Assembly (NCBI GenBank): GCA_964016885.1
Contig: OZ024747.1
Coordinates: 47,430,001-47,494,000 of the forward strand
Reading direction: 5' to 3'
Origin: Eledone cirrhosa
Taxonomy: Eukaryota
Length of the DNA: 64,000 nucleotides
In this document: positions 1 to 13,552 of the stretch, one piece after another
Layout: each line of letters starts with the position of its first letter
Position numbering within the stretch: the first letter of the stretch is position 1
The notes under the pieces: generated by a model
What the model was told of the DNA's origin: nothing
Seen by the model: only the letters and a program-made list of their open reading frames with translations
Databases searched by the model: none
Made by a program: the position numbers and the translations under genes

Positions 1-401
1 ATATAGGTTTACAATTTGATTTATTAGTAGTATTCTGTTGAAATATATATTTTCGTTGTTATTGTTGTTGTTGCCATTAGTGCTGGTGTTGTTATTTTCT
101 TGTCTTGTTTCACTGTTTTTATAATATTACATCACTTGAGGTCAATCATCCATCTCATTTCATCATTATTTGCGAGTAAACAAAACTAAATATTGTATAT
201 ATATATATATGTGTGTGTGTAGATATATATGTATATATATGCATGTATGTAGATATATATTCATGTGCATATCTACATACATACATAAACGTCTGTATGT
301 ATATATATATGTGTACGTACATACATACATACATACATACATACATACATACATACATACATACATACATACATACATACATACATACATACATACATAC
401 A

Positions 402-432
<31 letters not shown>

Positions 433-699
433 TGCATAGCGCTGGAAAATCGTATTGGTGATGAATATGACGGTCCAATGCTTCGGACGGAAGATTTTAA
501 ACGATAGATAAATAAATTTATAAATAAACAAAAATAATGAAGAAATAAAATCATCATCATAAGGTAAATCATAAAATCCGCTTTGTGCTGATGTTGCTGA
601 AACGAACTGGAAAACAAAAGTTTTCTGAGCTGTATATAAAAACACTCACGCTATTATATAAATTTATAATATTTCACACAAGGTTTTTAATCGGGAATC

Positions 700-1530
700 T
701 GAATATGGGTACTTGATCTTTGTGAAATAGCAGCGAAACTAGCTTCAAATCATTTTCTGCCGTCTTAAAAAATATTTTTGGAATAAAGATCTGGTAGGTT
801 AACACTGACTAAATAACAGCAACAATATTGATTTCTTTTAAGTCACATCAATAATATTTGAATAATACAAAACCACATTGTGGATGGTTATCAAGAAATG
901 AGGCGACGAGCGAACGAGAGAGCCTTAGAGTTATTGTTTGACCTGCTAGAAATGGCCACCAAATCTCATTCAAGCTCGTGTGCTAATGTATTCGACAGGA
1001 GACTATTCTAATGTTTTAGAGCTGACCTGAATGAAGCGGCTAAGCAAAGATAAATTACAACATATCAACAATAACGATAAGCAGTCGCCAAAGTAGCTTC
1101 TACGTGATCGCTTAAACTGGTAAAAATAGCAGTCAAATCTCCATTGAATCATCACACCCTTCATTATTAAAGTAAAGACACGTTGGGTAACGTGGTCCTG
1201 TGTTCACTTCACATAGGGAAAATGACAGAATGTTCAGGGCTAGAATGTCTTTTATCATAGATCTTCTCTATCAGGGTTGACTGAGGGTTAAACAACATAA
1301 CAACAACAAGACACCAATGATGGCACCTCTACGTGATAACTGGACCTGCTATAAATTGTAGCTAAATCTTCAAATCCCACACCTTATTTCCTTAAGAAAA
1401 GAACGTTGGACAATATACTATTTAATGTATATACAAAAGACATCATGACGTCACGGTCATGGCTGAAATACTTGTGATTCTTGATAGATCTGCTTAATCG
1501 GTGCTGACCCAGGGTTAAATATCATCAACA
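700..1530 (+). repeat. Cluster of ~4 diverged ~200-bp SINE-like repeats (GACCTGCTAGAAATAGCAGCCAAATCTC core, CAA-rich tails)
   Basis: Core motif recurs at ~720, ~940, ~1115 and ~1343. Units end in variants of CTGAC...GGTTAAACAACA. Reverse-strand relatives lie near 5985, 11145 and 54400-54600. Confidence 0.55.
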
Positions 1531-1827
1531 AATCATCAGTTCCCAGATAAGAAGATGTCTTCATTGGTCAAGTGACATATATTTCAAACTACCCCCACTT
1601 TACTGTTTGGTGCTTTTAACATTATATTTATGTCAATCTGGACTTAATTGTCTCTACTTATATTAACATTCTAATGAATAACACTTTGATTTAAACCGCT
1701 CCTAACAGATATTCAATATTCTTTTCAGACTGCTTCAAACCCGATCTTAATAAGCTGTCTTAAATTTCATTCAAACGCTTATTCAATGCCAAATCAATCG
1801 CCAACTCCCCACTCATTCACTCCCTCT

Positions 1828-1886
<59 letters not shown>

Positions 1887-2165
1887 TCTCTCTCTCTCTC
1901 TCTTTCTTTCTCTCTCTCTTTCTCTCCCTTACCCTCTCTAATCTGCGCAGCTGTCAGACAGACTATCTGACCCATATCTTTAGATGTGGCGGTGTTACTC
2001 AGTTTATCGTATGCGTGTGTTGTGTTATGTCTAGTTTACGTCTGTGTTTATATATATAGGAATTCCAACTTTGTCTGATTTACTTGTTTTATTTACAATC
2101 GTTTAAAATCTATAATGGTATTATAATGAAATAGTATGATAAAATATTAAATGTTAAGTGTTAAT

Positions 2166-2204
2166 TGAACAAGTACTTTCATGCTTTCGCAATCTTCAGG
2201 TTCA
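2166..2204 (-). ncRNA. Minimal type I hammerhead ribozyme motif (P1)
   Basis: Reverse complement of 2278-2316. Confidence 0.7.
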
Positions 2205-2277
2205 TAATGTGTGGTGACAGTCATGTTTGCAATTTTCAACAGTTGAAAATTGCAAACATGACTGTCACCACACATTA

Positions 2278-2316
2278 TGAACCTGAAGATTGCGAAAGCA
2301 TGAAAGTACTTGTTCA
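2278..2316 (+). ncRNA. Minimal type I hammerhead ribozyme motif (P1)
   Basis: tgaac CTGAAGA t tgc-gaaa-gca t GAAA gtac TT gttca: stem I tgaac/gttca, stem II with GAAA tetraloop, palindromic loop III GTAC. Confidence 0.72.
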
Positions 2317-2477
2317 ATTAACACTTAACATTTAATATTCTACCATACTATTTCATTCTAATACCATTATAAATTTTAAACGATTGTAAATAAAACGAGT
2401 AAATCAGACAAAGTTGGAATTCCTCTTATTTATATAATCTTCTATACACAATCATACACACCCGTGTATATTTATCT

Positions 2478-2559
<82 letters not shown>

Positions 2560-2561
<2 letters not shown>

Positions 2562-2645
2562 ACAAGGCGATGCGTTATGTCCTTGAGCAAGACACTTTAT
2601 TTCACGTTGCTCCTTCTACCTGGAGTTGCGACCGATAGAGAGTAT
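2560..2645 (+). mobile_element. SINE fragment (TGTCCTTGAGCAAGACACTT motif)
   Basis: GTCCTTGAGCAAGACACTT is typical of tRNA-derived SINE bodies. A relative at 6027-6095 carries a B-box GTTCGATTCC. Confidence 0.45.
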
Positions 2646-2714
2646 TAGCAATTGGAAAGACCAACGGAAACATTATTTCCTCGGTCCAATTTGACGAAAG
2701 TCGATCGTTCCTTT

Positions 2715-2828
<114 letters not shown>

Positions 2829-2829
2829 C

Positions 2830-3268
2830 GTAGTCGTGTGTGTGCGTGGATGTGCGAACAACCAAACACAGCAGTAATTTATTGAAGTTGTTATCTTCCT
2901 GTTTCTTCTACAACAACTACAACGGTACGTGATGGGGTCCACCCACAGCCCCGGCGAACAGAATGGAGAAGGCGTTTCCCCGGCGGACGGCAAGGGAGAC
3001 GCGCTGGAAAAGCCACTCCAACTCGCGGGGCTCACACCTGCGGCTGGCCAACTCAGCGCCTATGGTGGTGAGTAAGGAGGTAGCCCTGGAGCCGAGGACA
3101 CCAGAAGTCTCCACTGCCAGGGGAAGACCACAAACCTGTCGGAGAGCGACCGGTATTTGAGGAGTTTAGCCCCCTCAGCCCGACGTGCAGTAGAACCTGG
3201 GTCAGTCGCAGACTGCACCAGGTTACGGCTGCAGAAAGTGTCGGTGCAAGTGGCATCCCAGACGAGTG
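2830..3268 (-). mobile_element. CRE-clade non-LTR retrotransposon 3' fragment (RLE endonuclease C-terminus and 3' UTR) abutting (CA)n
   Basis: Minus-strand translation with one frameshift: LVWDATCTDTF...AEGAKLLKY...F(P)AVETSGVLG...FQRVSLAVRRGNAFSIL, the typical CRE RLE tail. AATAAA is followed by a (CA)n tract. Confidence 0.75.
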
Positions 3269-3895
3269 GTTATACTGCTGGTGAAATATACTGCTGGTGA
3301 CTGAATTATCGTTTGGGAGCGAATGTATATGTTCAGAAAATCTGTGTTGAACTGAATGTGTTAACATTTTGTGTATATGTTTATGAGAACAAATGTGGTG
3401 ACATGGAAGTATCTCTGTGCGTGTGTGTGTGTGTGTATTGTGTGTGTAAGATATGTGTATTGTGTGTGTGTAAGACATGTGTATCAATGTAGACGTAAAT
3501 GCCTCTGTGTGTCTGAATATGTGTGCAAATATCTAAGCGCTCGAGTGTGTGTGTGTGTGAATGTATGTTTGAGTGTGTGTGTGTTTGTGTGTGAGTATGC
3601 GTGTTTGTATCAAACCAAATATGTGAAGATGCATATAGCTGTGTGTGGAGAGGCATCGTTTGTATCTATAAATTTGTAAATGCATGTGTATATGCGAATG
3701 TGTGTTGAAATATGTTTGAGCGTGCGTGCGTGCGTGCAAATATGCATATGTATGTTTCTGTGCGTACGTATGTACATGAATGTATGCATGTGTGCGTGTG
3801 CCTGTGTGAAAGAAAATACGTGTGTATCCCTCTGTGTATATACATATGTTTCTATAAGATATCACATATATATATGTGTGTGTGTGTGTGTGTGA

Positions 3896-3985
<90 letters not shown>

Positions 3986-4544
3986 ATATATATATATACA
4001 CACATATATATATATATTTATATATATATATATATGCATCTACTTGCAAATGTGTATGTGCTTACGTGTTTCTGTATGTGTGCGCGTGTATACGCATATA
4101 TGTGTGTGTGTGAGCACGTTTGTATTTGTGTGTGTGTGTGTTGTGTGTTGTGTTTGTGAACGTGTGTCTGGTATGTGTGTGTAGAAGCGTGTATGTATGT
4201 GAGAGTTGAAAAAGTACGTAAGACTCGTACATTGGTAGGTGTTGGTTAGAAGAAGGTTTGGTGATGACTTCCCGACTACGTCAAATAAGTTCCGTTAATA
4301 AAGTATGGTTATTTGTTGTAAATAGTTGTGTACTACTTCAAGAGTTTGTCCCTGTCTCTCGCCTTCATTTCCTCATCTCCTACCACCCCCACCACCCCAC
4401 CACCCCCACAATTGGTAATTATTCATTTCTAGTTGATTACTGTACCCATCACTCATGCTCTACATACCAATCAACTTCACCACAACTCCAACCAAACAAA
4501 CAAACACAATCCACAAACTACAATTACCATACATACATATTTAA

Positions 4545-4629
<85 letters not shown>

Positions 4630-6269
4630 TATACATAGATATATGTGTATATATATATATTTATACAGATATACATATATACATAAATGTATGTATGCAT
4701 GTGTTTGTGTGTGTTTTGTGTGTGCTGTATATATATATATATATACATACATATATATATATACATATATATATATATACATATATATACAGCACACACA
4801 AAACACATGCATACATACATGCATACATACATACATGCATGCATATATACATACATAACTACATACATACATACATACATACATGCATACATGCATGCAT
4901 ACATACATACATACATACATACATACATACATACATACATACATACATACATACATACATACATACATACATACATACATACATACATACATACATACAT
5001 ACATACATACATACATACGCTTAAGTCCATGTATTGAAGTGTAAGTAAAGTATTGCTGGTTCAAAGCCGGCGATTTGCATTATATGTGAGGCTTTCTCAT
5101 TCATTTGATGATAATTAAGAATTACGAATGAATTATTGTAATCACTAAAGAGAAGATTTTTGTTCTAGAAAAGCCCACCAAATAAAACTAAAGTATATAA
5201 ACAACGATGCACTGAATCAACCACAATAATATTTATAAAGCAAACTTTACGTGTTGTATCTAAGACGAAACCTAATGATTTTGATAAACGTAAATATATA
5301 TTTATGAGAGTTTTGATCTCTGATGGAGTCGAAACTGCAAGTTTTCACTGTTTCACTGCTGAGATGAAAAGTTTGTAAGTCGTCATCTCTACTTTGCTGT
5401 TTGTTGTAGTTTAACCCTTTAGCATTTATATTATTCTATATTTACTATTGTATTTTCATGATAAATACTTTATCTCACATAATATTGAATCTATGAGATT
5501 TTTATATGATTTATTTTGAGAATACCTTAACATAAGTATGAGCAGTCGGTTATGGCTGGTTTGGCTTGAAAGAGGTGAGAGAATTTTGGACGGATACAGC
5601 CGGTTTAAATGCTAAAGGATTAAGCCTAGTTTTCAGTAATGACATTTGGGTTTGTTTTGTTTTCTTCTTTATCGCTTAGACAAGAACTAGGACGGTATTT
5701 ATCACCTTTTTCTAATATCTGCGAGATTTGTGGTAAGTAAGGAGTAAGGGAGGAAGGAAGGTATCAAACCAGAAACCTATCTTCCAGCTGAGGCGACTCC
5801 GCTAAATGGACCTAAGGTCCAGGTAATAGTAAACCAGATGACAGATCAAGTTTACCACCAAAGCTTCAACAGATATATGACCAGAGAATATACCGTCCCA
5901 TCTAATTTTTTTCGCGTATAACGTATCTAAGACTAGTTTGTCCAATGTGACTTTAGAAAAACACTTGGGTGGAATTTGAAAAAGATTTGGCAGTTATTTC
6001 TAGCAGGTCATGATCGCAAAATTAAGAGTTCGATTCCCAGTGGTGCGTTGTGTCCTTAAGCAAGATATTTTATGTTGTTCCAGTTTACTCAGCTGAGAAA
6101 CATTATATGTTCCCGTAATTCAAAAGGTTGTCCTTTACTCCGGCTCTTTTAAATACTATAGTCTTTTAAAGTTACACACTAATATATAAAAATGTGTGTG
6201 TGTATGTGTGTGTGTTTATGTGTGAGTGTGTATGTAAGTACGTAAGTGTGTGTGAGAGTTTGTATATAT

Positions 6270-6466
6270 GATCTCATTGGGCCTTCGTCAGTTAAGATGA
6301 CAAGTGTTTCAGTGTAATTGACCGTGAGAGAGTATGTGACGGAGAAGCACCTCATTCTTGCCAAGAGAATAAACAACAGCAATGTGAAATAACGTTTCGT
6401 GCCCCGGGAATCGAACTCGCGATTTTACGATCATGAGTCGAACACCATCAGCAATAAGCCACACGC
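6270..6466 (-). mobile_element. tRNA-derived SINE
   Basis: Minus-strand head GCGTGTGGCTTATTG...GAGTTCGATTCCCGG (A/B-box-like). Confidence 0.55.
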
Positions 6467-6715
6467 TTTTGCAAACAAACAAACACGCACACAAGCATAC
6501 AAGCATACACAATCAAACACGTACAAACACATGCACACACATACACACATATATATATACATATATATACCCATATATATACACACATATATATACATAT
6601 ATATACACACACACATACGCTTGTGTATGTATATCTACAAATAGATTTTACGAAATCCCACTACCACTACATATATGTGTGTGGGGGGGAGGAGGGTATG
6701 TGTATGTATATATAA

Positions 6716-6813
6716 AGAGTGTGCCAAAAAAATGTATACACACTTTGCTTACCTGTACAGGCAATATTTATTAGAATGCTGATGAAGTGTATATATATTT
6801 TGGGGGGACACCC
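6716..6813 (+). mobile_element. ~100-bp Tc1/mariner-type MITE (inverted duplicate at ~7026-7125)
   Basis: Imperfect TIRs GTGTGCCAAAAAAATGTATACACACTT / AAGTGTATATATATTTTGGGGGGACACCC. Confidence 0.5.
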
Positions 6814-6824
6814 ACTCTCTCTCA

Positions 6825-6916
<92 letters not shown>

Positions 6917-6954
6917 GGGTTACAAGAAACTCACGAGTGACTCGCACAGTCAAG

Positions 6955-7005
<51 letters not shown>

Positions 7006-7345
7006 GAGAGAGAGAGAGAGAGAGTGGGTGTCCCCCCAAAATATATATACACTTCATCAGCATTCTAATAAATATTGCCTGTACAGGTAAGCAAAGTGTG
7101 TGTACATTTTTTTGGCACACTCTTTATATATACATACACATACCCACCTTCCCCCCACACTCGGCTTGCTGGCGGGCTCGCGAGGCGGGGCTTTCTGGAC
7201 TCTTCTGGTTCCTCTCGCTGTGACTGACTGTCGTCTGCTCCCCTCCTGTATGGACTCACACTGGGTTCGGGGGATGATTGCCTTAGATTTTTTTTTTTTT
7301 TTTACGCGTTAGAGCCCGGGTCCACTCTTCCTAATTCATATATGT

Positions 7346-7386
<41 letters not shown>

Positions 7387-7389
<3 letters not shown>

Positions 7390-7577
7390 CAAGTAGGACG
7401 CCGACGGCTGAGCTCAGGCCGTTTCGACGGCTAATTCTAGTCTAGAATTAGCCGTCCAAACGGCTTGAGCTCAGCCGTCGGCGTCCTACTTGTTCCTATT
7501 ACCCGCTCTACTACCCTAAGTATTGAGTAATTTGGTGCGTTATGGTCCATCTCGTTTCTTACCACATTTCCTTCGTT
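7387..7577 (+). mobile_element. Fold-back element family Q, copy (palindrome 7387-7495 plus ~80-bp tail) in (TA)n
   Basis: 54-bp arms centred on 7441. The tail ...TTACCACATTTCCTTCGTT is shared with other copies. Confidence 0.8.
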
Positions 7578-7747
7578 ATATATATATATTGTTTATATAT
7601 ATATATTGTATATATATATATTGTATATATATATATATATATATTGTATATATATATATTGTATATATATATATATATATTGTATATATATATATATATT
7701 GTATATATATATATATATATATATTGTATATATATATATATATATAT

Positions 7748-7813
<66 letters not shown>

Positions 7814-7827
7814 ATATATATATATAT

Positions 7828-7883
<56 letters not shown>

Positions 7884-7904
7884 ATATATATATATATATT
7901 GTAT

Positions 7905-7980
<76 letters not shown>

Positions 7981-8173
7981 ATATATATATATGTATATAT
8001 AGATATAGATAGGTAAATATACACGGGTGTGTATGATTGTGTATAGAAGATTATATTAATAAGAGGAATTCCAACTTTGTCTGATTTACTCGTTTTATTT
8101 ACAATCCTTTAAAATATATATAATGGTATTATAATGAAATAGTATGATAGAATATTAAATTCTAAGTGTTAAT

Positions 8174-8212
8174 TGAACAAGTACTTTCATGCTTTCGCAA
8201 TCTTCAGGTTCA
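8174..8212 (-). ncRNA. Minimal type I hammerhead ribozyme motif (P1)
   Basis: Identical to the 2278-2316 motif, reverse strand. Confidence 0.7.
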
Positions 8213-8300
8213 TGATATGTGGTGACAGTCGAGTTTGCAATTTTCAACTGTGAAAATTTTCACAGTTGAAAATTGCAAACTCGACTGTCACCACATATCA

Positions 8301-8339
8301 TGAACCTGAAGATTGCGAAAGCATGAAAGTACTTGTTCA
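8301..8339 (+). ncRNA. Minimal type I hammerhead ribozyme motif (P1)
   Basis: tgaac CTGAAGA ttgcgaaagcat GAAA gtac TT gttca. Confidence 0.72.
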
Positions 8340-8495
8340 ATTAACACTTAGAATTTAATATTCTATCATACTATTTCATTATAATACCATTATATATATT
8401 TTAAAGGATTGTAAATAAAACGAGTAAATCAGACAAAGTTGGAATTCCTCTTATTAATATGTATATATATATATATATTGTATATATATATATAT

Positions 8496-8909
<414 letters not shown>

Positions 8910-8945
8910 ATATATATATATTGTATATATATATGTATATATATA

Positions 8946-8991
<46 letters not shown>

Positions 8992-9013
8992 ATATATATA
9001 TGTATATATATAA

Positions 9014-9067
<54 letters not shown>

Positions 9068-9125
9068 TTATATATATATATATACAATTTATATATATAT
9101 ATATACAATTTATATATATATATAT

Positions 9126-9172
9126 ATTCCTGATGATTTCTAAAGAATGAAACAGTTCTAGTCCTGTAGAAT
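9126..9172 (+). ncRNA. Stand-alone type I hammerhead ribozyme motif between (TA)n tracts
   Basis: attc CTGATGA t ttc-taaa-gaa t GAAA cag-ttctagtc-ctg TA gaat: all three stems pair, GUA cleavage triplet. Confidence 0.75.
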
Positions 9173-9301
9173 CTCATCTATATTAAAACTATATATATAC
9201 AATATATATAAATATATATATATATTGTATATATATATATATACAATATATATATATATATATACAATATATATATATATATACAATTATAAAATTATAC
9301 A

Positions 9302-9338
<37 letters not shown>

Positions 9339-9367
9339 ATATATATATACAATTATACAATTATACA

Positions 9368-9402
<35 letters not shown>

Positions 9403-9477
9403 ATATATATATATCGTATATATTTATATATATATACAATTCATATATATATATACAATATATATAAATATATATGC

Positions 9478-9826
9478 AAAAGTTTTATTTAAAATTGTTG
9501 GGTTACAACAAGCAAATATTTTATAACTGATATAAAGCACTCGACAAGTTTTTGGAGTAGATATACGATATTAAACAAATGGAAACTATATTTATAAAAC
9601 CATATTTATTTCATTATACATATTTCAGGGATACCATATTAAAAATAGCCAGCCTCCTACCTTAATGGTATATTTATAGTACGTCAAAATTATTTATAAA
9701 ACTGGTTATATATTGTATTTTATCTGACGAAGGCATGCCATATTTTTAATATGGTATCTCTGAAATATGTATAATGAAATAAATATGGTTTTATAAATAT
9801 AGTGTCCATTTGTTTAATATCGTATA
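9478..9826. mobile_element. Fold-back element family P2 (arms ~9562-9647 and ~9741-9826) in (TA)n
   Basis: ~86-bp inverted arms with a spacer; a hammerhead overlaps the right arm. Confidence 0.7.
9716..9781 (+). ncRNA. Type I hammerhead ribozyme motif (P2)
   Basis: tattttat CTGACGA aggcatgccatatt-ttt-aatatggtatctct GAAA tatgta TA atgaaata. Confidence 0.7.
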
Positions 9827-9859
9827 AATATATATATATATATATTGTATATATATACA

Positions 9860-9891
<32 letters not shown>

Positions 9892-9916
9892 TATATATAT
9901 ACAATTATACAATTTA

Positions 9917-9958
<42 letters not shown>

Positions 9959-10000
9959 ATATATATATATTGTATATATTTATATATATATATATATACA

Positions 10001-10076
<76 letters not shown>

Positions 10077-10079
<3 letters not shown>

Positions 10080-10807
10080 AGTAAATAATCGAGAATCAGA
10101 ATCTCGGCCCACGAAATAACGATAAACAATCTTCGACATGTGTGGCAGAGGGCTCAATAGTTTGGATAAACCAGAGCTATAACTATCGTTAAAATACCAA
10201 CACATAGAAACGATGCCTAAAATCATTCGCACAGCCGAAAAAAACGACCAGGAAAATTCGGGTGACTCAAATAATAAATTAATAAATTAATAAATTAAAT
10301 GAATGTAAAAACTCACCCGGACCCGCTAGAAGGATGTTAAATTCTAGCTTTTGGGGTTTCTGCAGTTCCTTAATCAATTACTGTCAGCCTACATAAAAAA
10401 AATATATCTGACTTCTAGTAAAGAGACGAACGAGGAAACTGCTTTCTCAGCGGATGTTTCGTTCAAAAATACAGGGGGACCCGTTACTGAACGCATGTGT
10501 CGTCCAGCAAGGGAGGGAAACCCTATATTTGGCGAAAGAATTCAGTAAAGTGTAAATTTTGTAAGAATACAAAAAATCACATATCGAATAAGAGTTCTCA
10601 ACAGACGTGTTAAAATAAACAAGAGCTATTCATCAGTCAATAAGATCAACTAAAAAATCAATAAAATTAACTGGTCAGTAGCTAAAGCATGGAGATTAAT
10701 ACAAGTAAATAATCGAGAATCAGAATCTCGACCCACGAAATAACGATAAACAATCTTCGACATGTGTGGCAGAGGGCTCAGTAGTTTGGATAAACCAGAG
10801 CTATAAC
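10077..10807. repeat. ~730-bp non-coding element with 107-bp terminal direct repeats (period 624) in (TA)n
   Basis: 10077-10183 matches 10701-10807 with 2 substitutions. A diverged relative lies at ~50585-50790. Confidence 0.7.
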
Positions 10808-10899
10808 AATTTATATATATATATACAATTTATATATATATATATACAATATATATATATATATTATATTTATATATATATAAATTGTATATATATATA

Positions 10900-10937
<38 letters not shown>

Positions 10938-10952
10938 TGTATATATATATAT

Positions 10953-11027
<75 letters not shown>

Positions 11028-11156
11028 TGTGTATATATATATACACCCATAATTGGCATGACACCCATAATTTTGATTATCTTAATTTTGGATATAGATA
11101 TATAAATACGGCTCCTTAATTGTAGAGCTAACTGTGTTGAAAGGATTTGACTGCTG

Positions 11157-11282
11157 TTTCTAGTTGTCGATAACCCTATTCACGCCACTGTGACGAAGCT
11201 GGTATGATGTGTGTATTTCTAGTTGTCGATAACCCTATTCACGCCACTGTGACGAAGCTGGTATGATGTGTGTATTTCTAGA
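11157..11282. repeat. 59-bp tandem duplication
   Basis: TTTCTAGTTGTCGATAACCCTATTCACGCCACTGTGACGAAGCTGGTATGATGTGTGTA x2. Confidence 0.85.
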
Positions 11283-11402
11283 GCACGTGTTGCTGGCCAG
11301 TCGCTGATTTGAACTTGAAGTGTAAACATAGATCGCTGGACTTCTTCCTTGTTGAAAATCCAAGTACCGGCCTCCATGGTTTACCATTCGATTAATTGGT
11401 GA

Positions 11403-11549
11403 AATATATTTCTGTCCAGAAATAGCCGTCGAAACGGCTTGAGCTCTGCCAAAGGGGTCATACTTTTTCTTATTTCCCACTCTACTACCCTTAGTATTGA
11501 GTACTCTGGTGCGTTATGGTCCATCGGGTTCCTTACCACAATTCCTTTG

Positions 11550-11551
<2 letters not shown>
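11403..11551 (+). mobile_element. Family Q copy lacking most of the inverted arm
   Basis: TATTTCTGTCCAGAAATAGCCGTCGAAACGGC... plus the shared tail. Confidence 0.75.
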
Positions 11552-11630
<79 letters not shown>

Positions 11631-12445
11631 ATATATATATATATCTTTTTGTGTTTGTTTTACAAGATTCTTTATTGGCAACATGACTCTCCCAAAGTAT
11701 AGTAATATATATATATATATGTGTGTGTGTGTCTTTGTGTGTGTGTGTATATGTGTGTTTGTGTGTGTGAGTGTGCATATGTATGTATATATACATATAT
11801 ACATGGATGTGTTCCCAATAGAATGGTATATACCATATACTCATAAAAAGAGATCTCTTTAAGGAGAGTTCATTTTTTTAAGGGGTTTTGTTGTTTTCTG
11901 TTTTTGTTAATTTTACTTATTTGTCTATATCCTATTTTACTATTTTTCTTTCTCAGCAATTTTTATGAGTTTCCGACATTTTTGTTTTCGTATATTATTA
12001 TTTTCATGAATATTATTTCCATCCCCTTCCCTTAACTAACAATCACCAATTACAAAAATGTTACCAAAAGAATTCTCTTCCATAACTTACCTCACGCTCA
12101 CTATCGTTTTCAAACTGTTTATATTCATAAGTACCCTCAAATGATCTCTGTTCTTTGATGAATTCTTATTTTACAAAGCCCCCAACAACGCCACCAACCC
12201 TCATTAGACTTTTCAAAAGCAAGGAAACAAGCATCAACTACAAGTTGTTTGGGTTTTTTTTTAAATCATACAAAACATAAAACTAGGATCGTGAGGACAA
12301 CATCAATAACAATAACAATAACAATAACAATAATAATCCTTTATTTATGAACCACAAGAGCCCATACATACAATAAAAAATGTGTCATGCAAATGAGTGC
12401 GGTTACTAAACGTTTAAGTATATACATACATACATATATACACAC

Positions 12446-12683
12446 ATGATGGCTGCCCCTTCGTTATCGAGTATGGCCATTGCACGATATACCATTATTA
12501 ATAATTATTAATTAATTCTATCGTGCAATGCCTGTGCGTGAAGATCTTTTTTAAAGTGAGGAGAGACTGTGCACTGAGCCAATCCCACTCTCTGAGCGAC
12601 AGTAGCTACAACGCGAAAAGAAGAAAAGATCAACATCATCGATAACTACTGAGCCGCAAGTTTTATATCGGAGTTATCCCAGT
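12446..12683 (-). mobile_element. Non-autonomous bipartite RTE derivative (5' UTR segment fused to 3' tail)
   Basis: Combines sequence found at 46060-46222 (upstream of the RTE ORF) and 42157-42198 (downstream of it). Near-identical to 41321-41559. Confidence 0.65.
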
Positions 12684-12715
12684 ATCCATACATACATACA
12701 TACATACATACATAC

Positions 12716-12756
12716 ATGATGACTGCCCCCTCGTTATCGAGTATGGCCATTGCACA
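12716..12756 (-). mobile_element. RTE 3' tail fragment
   Basis: CATGATGACTGCCCCCTCGTTATCGAGTATGGCCATTGCACAA follows (TACA)n, as at 42157-42198. Confidence 0.6.
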
Positions 12757-12807
12757 AGGAGAAAAAAAAAATTTATAAATAAATAAAAAATAAAATTAAA
12801 AAAAAAT

Positions 12808-12850
<43 letters not shown>

Positions 12851-12879
12851 ACACACACACACACACATACATTAATAAC

Positions 12880-12940
<61 letters not shown>

Positions 12941-12942
<2 letters not shown>

Positions 12943-13512
12943 CACCGCCTCTGGCCTATGCTCATACCATTTCTCAGAATGTGGCACCTGTGCAAAGTAA
13001 ACAATCTACCACATTCTGAGAAATGGTATGAGCATAGGCCAGAGGCGGTGATGGAGAACAGTCAGGTGAAGGTGCTGTGGGATTTTAGGATACAGACGGA
13101 CAAAAAACTGGAACACAATAGACCTGACCTGGTGGTTGTGGACAAAGAAAAAAGATCGTGCCTGATTGTGGATGTGGCCTGCCCGTTCGACACGAGAGTG
13201 CAAGAGAAGGAGAGGGAGAAAATTAACCGATACCAGGACCTAAAGTGGGAGGTGAAAAGGATTTGGAACTGCCATGAAGTCAAAGTGATCCCGATTGTCA
13301 TAGGCGCACTGGGGACTATCTCCAAAGGTTTCCAGGGATGGTTAAAGAAAATCGGCCCCTTCACGCTTTTTGGAACGCTTCAAAAGGCATGCTTGCTTGG
13401 AACGGCAAGAACCCTCCGATACGTCCTGAATATCTGAGGCTGCAGGTAGTGGCTTGATATTCAATCCAACGGACTTTCCAGTTAACCAACATCAATGTCT
13501 GAGATTCAAGGA
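12941..13512 (+). mobile_element. R4/Dong-type RLE LINE family A, 5'-truncated copy with a 44-bp fold-back at its 5' end
   Basis: Near-identical to 15747-16277. RLE motif HNRPDL...VDVACP...KINRY. Flanked by (TAA)n. Confidence 0.9.
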
Positions 13513-13552
13513 ATAACAACAACAATAATAATAATAATAATAATAATAACAA

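Larger units (their letters stand above)
2058..2480. mobile_element. Fold-back element family P1, copy 1 (367-bp palindrome 2058-2424 plus tail), in (TA)n; hammerhead-bearing, probably Penelope-pLTR-derived
   Basis: 183-bp inverted arms centred on 2241 with a few mismatches. A second copy lies at 8013-8460. Each arm has a hammerhead motif. Confidence 0.8.
8013..8460. mobile_element. Fold-back element family P1, copy 2 (408-bp palindrome 8053-8460, no loop)
   Basis: Centre TGAAAA|TTTTCA at 8256/8257. The tail is on the left, so orientation is opposite to copy 1. Confidence 0.8.

Noticed and set aside
6776-6800. CTGATGA inside the MITE
   Set aside because: No stem II/GAAA/UH arrangement follows; not a hammerhead.
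10580-10640. Minus-strand CTGATGA in the 624-bp-period element
   Set aside because: Followed by GATA rather than GAAA, with no convincing stems.
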